A DNA stretch of 64,000 bases from Octopus sinensis (lineage: Eukaryota), in assembly GCF_006345805.1 (NCBI RefSeq), contig NC_043012.1, positions 57,226,001-57,290,000 of the forward strand, read 5' to 3'. The notes under the pieces are model-generated. The model was not told where the DNA came from. It saw only the letters and a list, made by a program, of their open reading frames with translations, and made no database searches. Numbering within the stretch: the stretch's first letter is position 1; every line of letters begins with the position of its first letter. Below are positions 24,721 to 35,780 of this stretch, piece by piece. The position numbers and the translations under genes were made by a program.

Positions 24721-26360
24721 AAAACAAAAAGAATATGTATGTATGTATGTATGTATGTATGTGTGTGTGTATATATGTGTGTGTGTGTGTATGCATATTT
24801 GTGTCTGTATTTGCCACCATCATTTTTCAATTGGTATTAACTTGTCCATGTCCCCATAACTTAGTGGTTAGGCAAAAAGAGATTGATAGAATAAGTACCA
24901 GATTTAAAAAAAAACAAAATAAGTAAGTACTGGCATTGATCTGTTTGACTAAAACTTTTCAAGGTGGTGCTCCAGCATGACCACAATCCAATGATTGAAA
25001 AGGGAAAAATAAAAGGTCACATAAAAACACAGAAAAAAGAATTTTCTTTTAGGCAGTATTATATTCTATTGTGAAAATTATGGTTAGAACCAAACTGCAA
25101 CAAGTATTACTAATAGACGTTAACTGATACATGGTACCCTGATCAAAGATGGTGCTACTATTATGTGAGAACGGTGGGTCTACCAGACCATCTATAGTAA
25201 TAAAAGTGAAATTCTGTCTGTATGGGACTCCTGTATCTCATTCTACATTTGTTCTATAGAGACATATTATACCTTTTTGGAATCAGGGTGATCCCAGGAT
25301 TGGAAATCTGCCCTTCATTTGGTTCTTAAACATCCAGCATGGTGATCTGATTTAAAAGTATTTGGGTTGCTATTTCTAGCAGGTAAAGCTTGAGTGATTC
25401 ATGCCATCTTGGTTGGCATTTGTCAGATGACATCAGAGATCAAGGGGGAGATAAAAGACATTCACTTTGTTAATCTTACGTCGGGGTAAGAACTTTGGGA
25501 CGAAGTGGCCAACAGTTGGAATTCAACTTGGGACCAGAACAATAGAATGATTGCATTACAGAATTAATTCTCATCCATCCTTAACCTCTGATCAAACACC
25601 GCCAGGGTATATAGTCATTATAGACATGTTATGGTCATGCTATTTAACTCTCTCTAGTTTTGGGCCACATGCTGAAATAGCCCTCTGTGGGAGCTCGCTT
25701 AAAAGCTAGTTCATAGTATAGTGTGTAGCTGACCAAAGCCTTGTGAGTGGATTTGGTAGATGGAAACTGAAAGAAGCCTGTTGTATGTATATATGTATGC
25801 TCATACATACATTTATGTATGTATATATCTGTGCATATCCTTATGTTTGTCCCCCCACTACTGCTTGACAATTGGTGTTAGTTTGTTCACATCCTCATAA
25901 CTTAGCAGGTCAGCAAAAAGAGACTAATAGAGTAAGTACCAGGCTTAAAAAAAAAAAGAAGTACAGGGGTAGATTCATTGACTCAAAATTCTTCAAGGCA
26001 GTGCCCCAGCATAGCCACAGTCTCATGACTGAAATGAGTAAATGAATAAAAGATATAAAAAAAAAAAATTCCATAGTTTCTTGACACAGAAATTTAAAAC
26101 AGAAGTCCATGCAAATATTTGTAAAGAGACACATGTTGGATGGGTTTATACAACACCAGGGTAGAAAAAATAATTAGCTTCTGTTTCATTGAAATAATCA
26201 GCTGGTTTTCCTTTATTCTGTTATTTTCTTTTCAAAATATGAGTAGAGGGTATTCATAAAAACACCATCTGGTGAAAAAGGGCAAGGTTGAAGAACTGAG
26301 CTACAAGAGACTGATAAACATTGTACTAAATACTATATTTTTTTCCATCTGTTATTATTA

Positions 26361-26481
26361 ACTAAATTGGATAGAAAAATGTTGAGGTGGTTTGGCCACA
26401 TGGAGAGGATGGATGAGGAGTGGATGGTAAGGAGGGCGATGAAGGTTGAAGTGGTAGGCAGCAGAACCAGAGACAGACTTG
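26361..26481 (+). mobile_element. RTE-clade LINE fragment
   Basis: Translates TKLDRKMLRWFGHMERMDEEWMVRRAMKVEVVGSRTRDRL, the RTE C-terminal RWFGHxxRM motif; cut off by the Helentron-like element. Confidence 0.7.
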
Positions 26482-26770
26482 AGAGTATGATGGAAGAAGG
26501 CTTGCTCTTCCTTCTGTAGAAGAAAAAATTCAAATCGGACATGTTAACACCAAAAATTTTTTACATCAAAAAGGTGCTTTTTTTTCTATGAAAATCCCTA
26601 TTTTTTTACTATTTTTTGACTGCTGTGTCGCCATTTTTCGGTGTATTTCAACCAGAAAAATGTTCACTTAAAGAGAATGACAAGCTACATAATGCAAAAT
26701 TTTTACTTTTCAAAAATTCCAATTTTAAGGGTCGAAACAAACCCGAGTAACGCTGGGCGATACTGCTAGT
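26482..26770 (-). mobile_element. Helentron/DINE-1-like element, truncated copy of the 5396 family
   Basis: Reverse complement aligns to about 5396-5690 along its length. Confidence 0.6.
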
Positions 26771-26804
26771 ATATATATATATATATATATATATATTTCT
26801 TTTT

Positions 26805-27187
26805 CTTTTACTTGTTTCACTCATTTGACTGCGGCCATGCTGGAGCACCGCCTTTAGTCGAGCAAATCGACCCCGGGACTTATTCTTTGTAAGCCCAGTA
26901 CTTATTCTATCGGTCTCTTTTGCCGAACCGCTAAGTGATGGGGACATAAACACACCAGCATCGGTTGTCAAGCAATGCTAGGGGGACAAACACAGACACA
27001 CAAACATATATATATATACATATATACGACTGGCTTCTTTCAGTTTCCGTCTACCAAATCCACTCACAAGGCATTGGTCGGCCCGGGGCTATAGCAGAAG
27101 ACACTTGCCCAAGGTGCCACGCAGTGGGACTGAACCCGGAACCATGTGGTTGGCTAGCAAGCTACTCACCACTCAGCCACTCCTGCA

Positions 27188-27190
<3 letters not shown>
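26805..27190 (-). mobile_element. SINE family A copy, low divergence
   Basis: Reverse complement nearly identical to 3718-4128. Confidence 0.88.
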
Positions 27191-27252
<62 letters not shown>

Positions 27253-27298
27253 TTATGCATGTATGTATATATCTTTCTATCTATCTATCTATATATAG

Positions 27299-27350
<52 letters not shown>

Positions 27351-27984
27351 TCTCAGCTTGACATGAACCAGCCACATTTGCATACTGTTTAATATGTAAT
27401 AGAGAAATATCAGTGCAATTTGATATTAAACTACAACTAATTGGTTTGGATACTGATTCCTATCAACCTCATATGTAATTATTTATATCTATATTTCAGG
27501 AAAAGGAAAAACCAAAGAAAAACATCAAAACAGAAAAGAAAAAGTAAAAAAAAAAATATAATAATAATAGTATAACTGATAAAAATCTTTATGACATTTC
27601 CAGCAACTACAAATATAAAACTATATTTGAAAGGATAATGGATTGTTTGTCTGTAGAGAGTTGGGCTGTAGTTGCTGTTTAGACCCTGAGTAAGCTCTGA
27701 TTGAAGTAAACCTATGGTATGATCAGAAAGTATTTCCAGCTGTGGCTATGTGGTAAAGAAGCTTGCTTTTCAATCATGTAAACTTGAGTTCAATTTCATT
27801 GCATGGCATCTTGGGCATGGCTGTTTTCTATTATAAGTCCCAGGCCGACCACAGCCTTGTGACTGGATTTGATAGAAAGAAACTGGAAAAAAGTCCCAAC
27901 ATTTATGTATGTACATCTAGGCAAGTAGTTGTCTGTCCTTGGGTAGGTTCTGTGCATGTGGGCGTTCTCCAGTATTCTCTATAC

Positions 27985-28471
27985 CAGTGCTACTCAAAGT
28001 CGTGGTCCATGGACCAGTGACAGCCCGTGAGCCATCAGCTGCCAGTGCACGGCGTGTTTCCAGAAAAGAAAGAAACATTATAAAATGCTTATGTAATATT
28101 GTATTATTTGTTTACAAAATAAATATAAGATAAAAAAATTATCAACTTTTATTATATTCATTTGTGGAGGCGTGTGGCTTAGTGGTTAGGGAGTCAGCAT
28201 CATGATCGTAAGATTGTGGTTTCGATTCCTGGACCGAGTGACGCATTGTGTTCTTCCCATTGCCTTTTCTGGAGAGGTGGGATTTGAACCAGGAAACCGG
28301 GCCCATGAGCCTGGCTAGGCTTTAAAAGGGTGCATTTATTTTATTTATTATATTCATTATATATATTGTTTCCAGTATAAATTAATATTACTAATAAATA
28401 TTAGCGGTCCCTGGCATATTGGAAAAAAAAAAACTATCGGTACACCACATCAGATAGTTTGAGAAGCACTG
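27985..28471. mobile_element. hAT (Charlie-like) MITE with a nested SINE head
   Basis: TIRs CAGTGCTACTCAAA / CAGTGCTTCTCAAA; perfect 8-bp TSD CTCTATAC at 27977-84 and 28472-79; tRNA-like SINE head at about 28166-28255. Confidence 0.85.
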
Positions 28472-29156
28472 CTCTATACAACCTGGGAGGGCCTGTACCA
28501 TTCCCTGCTGCTATTGAGTACATTACTAGAACTTTGGTTACAATGACTGGACTCTGCATGAACACCAGAGTGGCTTCCCATTGCCTTTTCCGGAGAGGTG
28601 AGGTTTGAACTCAGAATTGTAGAGAACCGAAAGATATATCATAAAAAAGTATTTCTGCCAATGTGCTAATGATTCTCACACTCTCCCAGCCACAAAGCAA
28701 CATGAAGTGAAGTGTTTTGCCCAAGAACACAATACACTGCCAGGTGTGGGAATCAAACCCCCGATCTAACGATAATGAGTGCAACATCCTAACCGCTTGG
28801 CCACATGACTTTCAATATGCTCTTGTAACTACATGTGTGAGTGGCTGTGTGTGCATATGCATGCAAATGGGTGTTTATGAGGATTCTTGTTTTGACATCA
28901 TGTGATGGTTGTAGCTTGCTTCCCAAACACATGGTTCTGGGTTCAATCCCACTGTGTGGCACCATGGGCGAGTGTCTTCTACAATAGCCTTGGGCTGACC
29001 AAAGCCTTGTGAGGGGACTTGATAGATGGAAACTGAAAGAGAAGCCATCATATATATATATATATAGGGGGAGAATTCACGAAAAAACAAAAGACGAAGA
29101 CAGGTGGTGTAGAAAACAAACAGATGTATTAGTATAACACTCGGGAATTGAAAAAG

Positions 29157-29194
29157 TCTTTAATGTTTCGAGCCTACGCTCTTCCACAGAAAGA
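29157..29194 (-). ncRNA. Hammerhead-like motif with variant core CUGUGGA
   Basis: TCTTT | CTGTGGA | aGAGC-gtag-GCTC | GAAAC | ATT^ | AAAGA. Confidence 0.5.
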
Positions 29195-29729
29195 AACAAG
29201 GAGAGAAAATATACATATATATACATACATATACACACACACATCAAGAAAATAGGGTGCAGTAATGTAGAACATGCAACCCAAATCAGGGTCAGTTGTA
29301 AACTCTCCAATCCATTCTGGTATCCAGTATAGTATGATGCAGGGCACAAAGCTCAGGATGATGAGGTACAGTGCATGATTGCCTAATATCTCTACAAACA
29401 TTATGTAATTACTTCAGCAGTTTATTGAAACACGTGTATGTCGTATAAAGCTTTGAATACCACACCTTTTCCTGCTTATTTTCTCTATATGTGTGTGTGT
29501 ATTTATGGTAAAATAATGAAAGTGAGCAATGGATGTTAAATGTTGATGAAGGAAAACTAGCTGTGATTTGAAACTTACCAATCAAGTTCTAATAAATTAT
29601 TAATTACTAGAAATCATTAACTCAGTAAACTGTGAGTCGCAATCTTTTTGGGTTTGTGGCACACTGGGGACTGAATAAAAAAGAATTCCTGACACACTTT
29701 GTAGGGAAAATTAAATATTACTGGCATAC

Positions 29730-29770
29730 TATGGTGAGGGTGATGGTGGTGGTGGCAGCGATGATGATAG

Positions 29771-29802
<32 letters not shown>

Positions 29803-30120
29803 GTAATAGTGGTGATGCTGATGATAATCATGATAGTAATGATGGTTGTAGTGGTGGTGTTGATGATGCTGATGATGGTGATAATGATTATGTTGATTGT
29901 GGTGGTGATGGTGGTGATGATACTGGAGATGATGATGATGATTATAGGGGTGATGATAATGGTGATATAGTGGTGATGATGATCATGATGATGGTGTAGT
30001 GATGATACTGGTGATGACGATGATGATGGTGATGATGATGATGGTTATGATGATGATGGTGATGATGATGATGATGGTTATGATAATGATGATGATGGTG
30101 ATGATGATGGTGATGACAGC
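29730..30120. repeat. Compound (GAT/GGT)n microsatellite next to the plexin donor site
   Basis: Seen directly. Confidence 0.9.
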
Positions 30121-30278
30121 AATGACATAACGACCAACTACAACTGCACAACGTAACACATGGATTTCTTGACGATGAATATCAAACATGAAACTTGCAA
30201 TGTGTAACAAACAATTTCAACAAAATTTGCCCCCAAAAATGAAGAATTTGCAAAACAAACTCAATAAACTATACTCAC

Positions 30279-31313
30279 TTTTATAGCTGTGACACAGTAG
30301 TCTCCTTGAAAATAAGGGTAATTCATTTGGTGCCGATTACCATCAAAACACTGACGAATATTTTCCAAGATTTTCTGGCGGACACTTTCCATATCAAAAA
30401 GGCATAAAGCAGAATGTCTTGATGTAGCGCTACTAAATACCCCCATTAAAAGGGTTATGTTCTGCTTATTTAATCCTTTCTGGAAATGATATTTAGAATA
30501 GGTTGTATGAATAATAGACGCTGCTCGTAGAATGCTATAATTCCCATGCTTACCATGGCAGTGGAGTGGAGCGTCTACAAATGAATTTAAATCTGTATCG
30601 TTTTCACAGAATTGAATTATTTTTGATTCATTGAAATTATCTGTAGAATGAACTGTTAGAAAATAGCTGTAGTCTGAATCACTAAAGCCTGTAATATACT
30701 GCAGGTCAACATTTTTTCTAAATTTATCACTGTATCTGATAGAAGCAAGTTTCTTCCAGTTCTTTTTGTGGAACACTCGCCAAATGGATATATCTTCCAG
30801 CAGATCACTCCGAGTGTAACTGGTCGCGAGATATAAGATGCCACTTTTATGAGTGATGAACGCAACAGTAGATGCATTTCTTTGGTTTGCAGCCATAGGT
30901 TGGTTAATATCTGTAGAAATGGAAATATTTTGTAAGTTTCTAACATGGCAGGAGCCTTGAAATATACTGCCACATGATATCAACTTGTTTTCTTGATTTA
31001 AAAGAAGTACTTTATTGTAATTGTTAGTCAATGAAAGTTTCATTCCGCACTGTGTTTCTCGGACAGGTAACGCACACTTAGGATTGTCATTTTTTGGACC
31101 TGTTATGGTTTCTTCAGTCATATTCAAGCTTAAATCCAGTTGATATATTCTGTTCATAGCTCCTATATACAAGAAACCATCTCTTGTATTTATCACCATG
31201 TGATTGAGTGGATTGGAAAAGTTTTGTGATACCAAGGTCACGGAAGAAACCTTGATCCAACAAAGAAGGAAAACTGCTGTCCATAAATGGAGCATTTTAT
31301 AAGTTGATGGCAT
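30279..31313 (-). CDS. Plexin-type receptor, first coding exon (signal peptide plus most of the Sema domain), 345 codons
   Basis: ORF begins with a hydrophobic signal-like segment (MLHLWTAVFLLCWIKVSS; the second Met at 31295 is an alternative start). It carries plexin Sema motifs NKVLLLNQENKLISCGSIFQGSC, AANQRNASTVAFI, YITGFSDSDYSYFLTV, FCENDTDLNSFVDAPLHC and SALCLFDMESVRQKILENIRQCFDG. The GTGAGT donor follows codon AAA at 30279 (phase 0). Plexin A vs B vs MET-like cannot be resolved by eye. Confidence 0.88.
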
Positions 31314-31475
31314 CTATCCAACATTAGACGGATAATGGATGTGTAAATTGAAATGTTTCCTGTTCATGGGGAAGGACTGGGCCATTGTTTAGTTGATCTA
31401 ATTTCAAAGAAATTAGATTTTCAAACGATTCTTTATTTTAGTCTTGTCTTTTTCAGGTACATTTTGTAGTCAAAC
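31314..31475 (-). other. Probable 5'UTR part of the large plexin exon
   Basis: Strong minus-strand acceptor ttttttcctcttgtttttctctag| at 31477-31476, 162 nt upstream of the ATG. It implies an unidentified non-coding exon further right. Confidence 0.5.
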
Positions 31476-31750
31476 CTAGAGAAAAACAAGAGGAAAAAAT
31501 TAATTAGAGTTGTACAAAGAAGTATTGAATGGAATATAGTTATGTAGAGTCATATTTAACATGTTCATTGGGTTGAATGCGAGCACATCCCGTCCCCTAA
31601 AATTTCTTTTGCTGGTAGTAAGGGGTGGGGATGCTTGTACACATCCTTCTGAAAAACTTTGTCACCAAATTGAATGAGTGGAGAAATATTTCTGGACAGA
31701 TCTGAAACATTACTTTTCCATCATTGGATTTAGTTGATTTGACAGATGTA

Positions 31751-31801
<51 letters not shown>

Positions 31802-31851
31802 TTAATAATAATAATAATAACAACACTAACAATAATAATAATAATAATTGT

Positions 31852-32199
31852 GTTGTTGTGACCCCCTTCGGTCAGACACTGACCATGGGCTTGCACCTAA
31901 AGAGTTACCCTCTGAGGCACAAGTCTGGGCAAGGTGGTTTTTTTTTGTGGAAGACCAGCAGTTGCCCATACATACTGGCCTCCCCTCTCCACGTTACCAG
32001 TGTTATCCAAGGGAAAGGCAAGGGCCAAAACAGCTTGGCACCTGTGACGTCGCAACTCATTTCTACAGCTGAGTGAACTGGAGCAACATGAAATAAAGCG
32101 TCTTGCTCAAGAACACAACACGCAGCCCGGTCCAGGATTTGAGCTCACAACCTCACGATCGTAAGCTCGACACCCTAATCACTGAGCCACGTGCCTTCA
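31852..32199 (-). mobile_element. SINE family C-related copy with a different 3' half
   Basis: Same head and ttgagcaaga domain; the tail differs (ends gtgtctgaccgaaggggtcacaac). Confidence 0.75.
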
Positions 32200-32224
32200 C
32201 ATAATAATGATGATGATGATGATG

Positions 32225-32280
<56 letters not shown>

Positions 32281-34728
32281 TATGTACCATCAAAAGAAGA
32301 AGTGCAGAGATTTTGGAATAAAATCTGGGCAGAAGAAAAAACACACAACGAAAAGGCCCCCTGGATTGACAGAATATCTACAGAACTGGACCCCTTAGAA
32401 GAGCAAAAGTGGGAGGGTGTCAAGGTAGAAGATATAAGATCTGCTCTCAGGAGGTCAAGCAAATGGAAGTCTCCAGGAAAGGATAAAATTCCTAACTTCT
32501 GGCTGAATGCCTTCCCAGAGAGCCATGAACTGCTAACAGAACTGTACAATGATGTTCTGCAACACCCTAGTAGGATGCCTCCTTGGCTAGTTAATGGGTT
32601 AACATTCCTGCTTCCAAAAAGTGAAGAAACAAATGAACCAAAAAACTATAGACCCATAACCTGCTTAACAACTATGTACAAAACTCTAACATCTGTCCTG
32701 ACGGAATATACCTATAGTTTTTTAACAGACAGCAGCATATTCCCTAATGAACAGAAAGGATGTAAATGTGGATCCTACGGCTGTAAAGACCAACTACTCA
32801 TCAATAAGATGATCTTAGAAGATTGTCACAAACGACACAAAAACTTATCAATAGCCTGGATAGACTATAAAAAGGCTTTTGATAGCCTACCACATAGCTG
32901 GATTAGGAAATGCCTTGAAATGTATAAGATAGCACCAACTCTGCGAAACTTCTTGACTGTAAGTATGAGATCATGGAGAACCACACTAACTCTGAACAGT
33001 GACAGTGAATCCCTAAATGCTGGTGATGTAAAAATTTCGTGTGGCATTTTCCAGGGTGACTCACTGTCACCACTCCTCTTTTGTTTATCCTTAATACCTC
33101 TCTCAAAGTTGCTCAATGACGCGCAGTACGGGTATAAAATGTTTGATAAAAATATAAATCATCTCGTTTACATGGATGATTTAAAGCTTTTTGCAAAAAA
33201 TGATCAACAACTCAAGGGCTTACTAGCGATAGTCAAACAATTCAGTGACGACATCAGAATGCAATTCGGCCTCGATAAATGTGCAAAGGCTACCTTTATC
33301 AAAGGAAAAATGACAGAAACATCTAACGTTAACCTTGACCAACAGAATGTCATAAAAGAACTAGACCCAGCGGAGAGCTACAAGTACCTAGGGGTAATTG
33401 AAGGGAACGGAATAAGGCATTCAGAGATGAAGGAAAGGATCAGGAGAGAATGCTATCGAAGAGTGAGAGCAATACTCAAGACAGAGCTGAATGCAAGAAA
33501 CAGGATCGAAGCAATCAATGCATTAGCTATACCAGTCGTGACTTACAGTTTCAATATTGTTAACTGGTCAATTACTGAAATATGTCAGCTCGACAGAAAA
33601 ATAAGGAAACTGTTGACAATGCATAGAATGCACCACCCTAAGGCAGATACAGAACGACTCTATCTGCCAAGAAAAGAGGGAGGCCGTGGTCTTTTGCAAC
33701 TGGCAATAACAATGAAGATTGCTACAATTGGCCTAGACACCTACCTGAAAAACTCTGAGGACTGGATGTTAAAACTTGTCTCAAAACATGAAAACAAGAA
33801 AGCATCATACTCAGTAACAAAACAGGCAAAGGAATATCTAAGTGAATTCCGAATACAACCAATTTCGGAATTAGAGATAGACATACAAGAAACAAGCACA
33901 GAAAAAGCTAGGCGCATGAAAACCCGTGCCAAAACTGCGGCCTTAGATATTCTGAATAATAAATGGCAAGAAAAACCTCTCTACGGCAAATACCCAAAGA
34001 GAGCGAATAATGCAGATATCGACAAAGCCCTGACCCATCAATGGCTAATGGCCTCTGGCTTAAAATCTGAAACAGAGGGGTTTATCATAGCAGCTCAAGA
34101 TCAATGCCTACCAACAAGAAACTACCAGGCCAACATATTAAAGATCAGAAGCAGTCCAACGTGTCGTGTATGCAAGCAACAAAATGAAACCATTGACCAT
34201 GTGGTCTCCAAGTGCAGTCTTCTAGCGCCTACAGAGTATCTCAACAGGCACGATAGAGCTGCACAATATATTCACTGGGTAATCTGTAAAAACCTGGAGT
34301 TGCCCCATGAGAAAAACTGGTGGGAACACAAACCACCCCCAGTGCTTGAAAATGACCACATCTCACTCCTCTGGAACTTCACCATTCAAACTGACAGGAA
34401 GATAGATGCAAATAGGCCAGACATCATATTGAAAGACTTCAAACAAAGAACATGCCTCCTCATTGATATGACTGTCCCAATCGATATAAACGTATCTGTC
34501 AGGACCTACCAAAAACTGAGCAAATATAAAGATCTTGAAATAGAAATCAGCAAAATGTGGAAGCTGAAGACTAAAACAATACCTGTTGTCATAGGTGCCC
34601 TGGGAATGATAGCAAAAGGGGCTGATAGCTACCTAACTCAGATACCAGGAAACCCCAAAATGGCAGAAGTTCAAAAGATAGTGCTCATGGGAACTGCTCA
34701 TATCCTACGCAAAATACTCTCTATGTAA
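32281..34728 (+). CDS. Reverse transcriptase with CCHC knuckle and restriction-like endonuclease (partial ORF of the R4-clade LINE)
   Basis: RT motifs KSPGKD, YRPITCL, IDYKKAFDSL, GIFQGDSLSPLLF, YMDDLK and YKYLG; zinc knuckle CRVC...ETIDHVVSKC; RHD motif; RLE PD-(D/E)xK signature RPDII...LIDMTVP...KLSKY. The first 30 residues of the listed ORF are translated microsatellite. Confidence 0.9.
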   Translation, partial: YVPSKEEVQRFWNKIWAEEKTHNEKAPWIDRISTELDPLEEQKWEGVKVEDIRSALRRSSKWKSPGKDKIPNFWLNAFPESHELLTELYNDVLQHPSRMPPWLVNGLTFLLPKSEETNEPKNYRPITCLTTMYKTLTSVLTEYTYSFLTDSSIFPNEQKGCKCGSYGCKDQLLINKMILEDCHKRHKNLSIAWIDYKKAFDSLPHSWIRKCLEMYKIAPTLRNFLTVSMRSWRTTLTLNSDSESLNAGDVKISCGIFQGDSLSPLLFCLSLIPLSKLLNDAQYGYKMFDKNINHLVYMDDLKLFAKNDQQLKGLLAIVKQFSDDIRMQFGLDKCAKATFIKGKMTETSNVNLDQQNVIKELDPAESYKYLGVIEGNGIRHSEMKERIRRECYRRVRAILKTELNARNRIEAINALAIPVVTYSFNIVNWSITEICQLDRKIRKLLTMHRMHHPKADTERLYLPRKEGGRGLLQLAITMKIATIGLDTYLKNSEDWMLKLVSKHENKKASYSVTKQAKEYLSEFRIQPISELEIDIQETSTEKARRMKTRAKTAALDILNNKWQEKPLYGKYPKRANNADIDKALTHQWLMASGLKSETEGFIIAAQDQCLPTRNYQANILKIRSSPTCRVCKQQNETIDHVVSKCSLLAPTEYLNRHDRAAQYIHWVICKNLELPHEKNWWEHKPPPVLENDHISLLWNFTIQTDRKIDANRPDIILKDFKQRTCLLIDMTVPIDINVSVRTYQKLSKYKDLEIEISKMWKLKTKTIPVVIGALGMIAKGADSYLTQIPGNPKMAEVQKIVLMGTAHILRKILSM

Positions 34729-34758
34729 CCTCAAGGTTTAAAACAACCATAATTTTCG

Positions 34759-34794
<36 letters not shown>

Positions 34795-34952
34795 TTTTTT
34801 TTTAGACATTCATTAGTACAACATCCCCACCCCCCAAATATATGGCACACTAGGCATAACAACAACATGAACTTCCAACCCTGTTGTCTCTTGAGGTCTC
34901 TGGGTGAGACTTGGAGCCAACTTGTACAAATATAAAGCAAAAGTCAAACATA

Positions 34953-34953
<1 letters not shown>
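32281..34953 (+). mobile_element. R4/Dong-clade non-LTR retrotransposon, 5'-truncated, inserted in a (TAA)n tract
   Basis: Uninterrupted RT plus RLE ORF, then a ~225-nt 3'UTR ending in (AAT)n at 34954; a (TAA/TGA)n tract lies at 32201-32280 directly upstream. Confidence 0.92.
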
Positions 34954-34988
<35 letters not shown>

Positions 34989-35019
34989 TGATGATAATAA
35001 TAATAATAATAGTAATACT

Positions 35020-35530
35020 GACAAAACTATAAAAACTAATAAACTGGATATTATTATAAAAGATCAGACAAAAAAGGTGTGTTTATTAATTGACATGAAT
35101 ATTCCTTGCGCTCACAATATAGCGGCAACAGAATTTGAAAAGATCAGTAAATATAAAGACTTGCTAATAGAAATTGAAAAAAATGTGGCAACTCAAGGTG
35201 ACTACAGTACCAGTGATTGTAGGATCTCTAGGAATGATAAAAAAAAGGTACTGAAACCTATTTGAAAATGATACCAGGCTACAGGAAGTGCAAAAAATCA
35301 TGTTAACTGGAACAACTCATGTACTGAGAAGAGCATTATCACTGTGAAAACAACATCCATTCATGAATTTATTTTTTATTAATTTTTTTTTAAATACATA
35401 TTTTACCTGTGAATTTGTGTGTGTAATCTGGGAATGCATACAATGAGCTTCTCTGCCCTAGGTGTACGGAAAACACTCGGCGAGAAATGGAAGAAAATTT
35501 GAAGAAAGAAGGAAAAGAAATAATGATAAT
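35020..35530 (+). mobile_element. Second, diverged R4-clade 3' fragment (RLE domain plus 3'UTR)
   Basis: Translates across frameshifts as KLDIIIKDQTKKVCLLIDMNIP...KISKYKDLLIEIEK/MWQLKVTTVPVIVGSLGM.../EVQKIMLTGTTHVLRRALSL*, paralleling the C-terminus of the long copy. Flanked by TAA tracts. Confidence 0.75.
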
Positions 35531-35544
35531 AATAATTATTATTA

Positions 35545-35626
35545 TCATTATCATTTTCTGATTGACTTGCATTTTATTTCATCTTCTGACTGGGTCTCAA
35601 CCAGAACCCTAAGACATATATATATA

Positions 35627-35669
<43 letters not shown>

Positions 35670-35780
35670 AACTTCCCGAGAATGTGGGTGGTTGATGTCA
35701 ATACAACTTTTTGGGTCTCCATACACTGTTGGTTTCCCAGGAATCTGGTCAAAAAATTTGACAGTACCTTTCTTGACCAT
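35545..35780 (-). mobile_element. Third R4-clade 3' fragment, inverted
   Basis: Minus strand gives KGTVKFFDQIPGKP/METQKVVLTSTTHILGKFL (cf. KGADSYLTQIPGNP..EVQKIVLMGTAHILRKIL). Its 3'UTR cttagggttctggttgagac...gcaagtcaatcaga(taa)n resembles that of the long copy. Confidence 0.65.

Noticed and set aside
20698-29050. Apparent antisense bias of family A SINEs in the plexin intron
   Set aside because: About 10 of 14 copies, too few to distinguish from chance.
30656-30973. 105-aa minus-strand ORF
   Set aside because: Alternative frame inside the plexin exon.
32191-32280. N-terminus MPSHNNDDD...NNN of the 845-aa ORF
   Set aside because: Non-ATG start in a SINE end plus microsatellite; real homology starts at 32281.
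32280-33932. Short minus-strand ORFs
   Set aside because: Antisense shadows of the LINE ORF.
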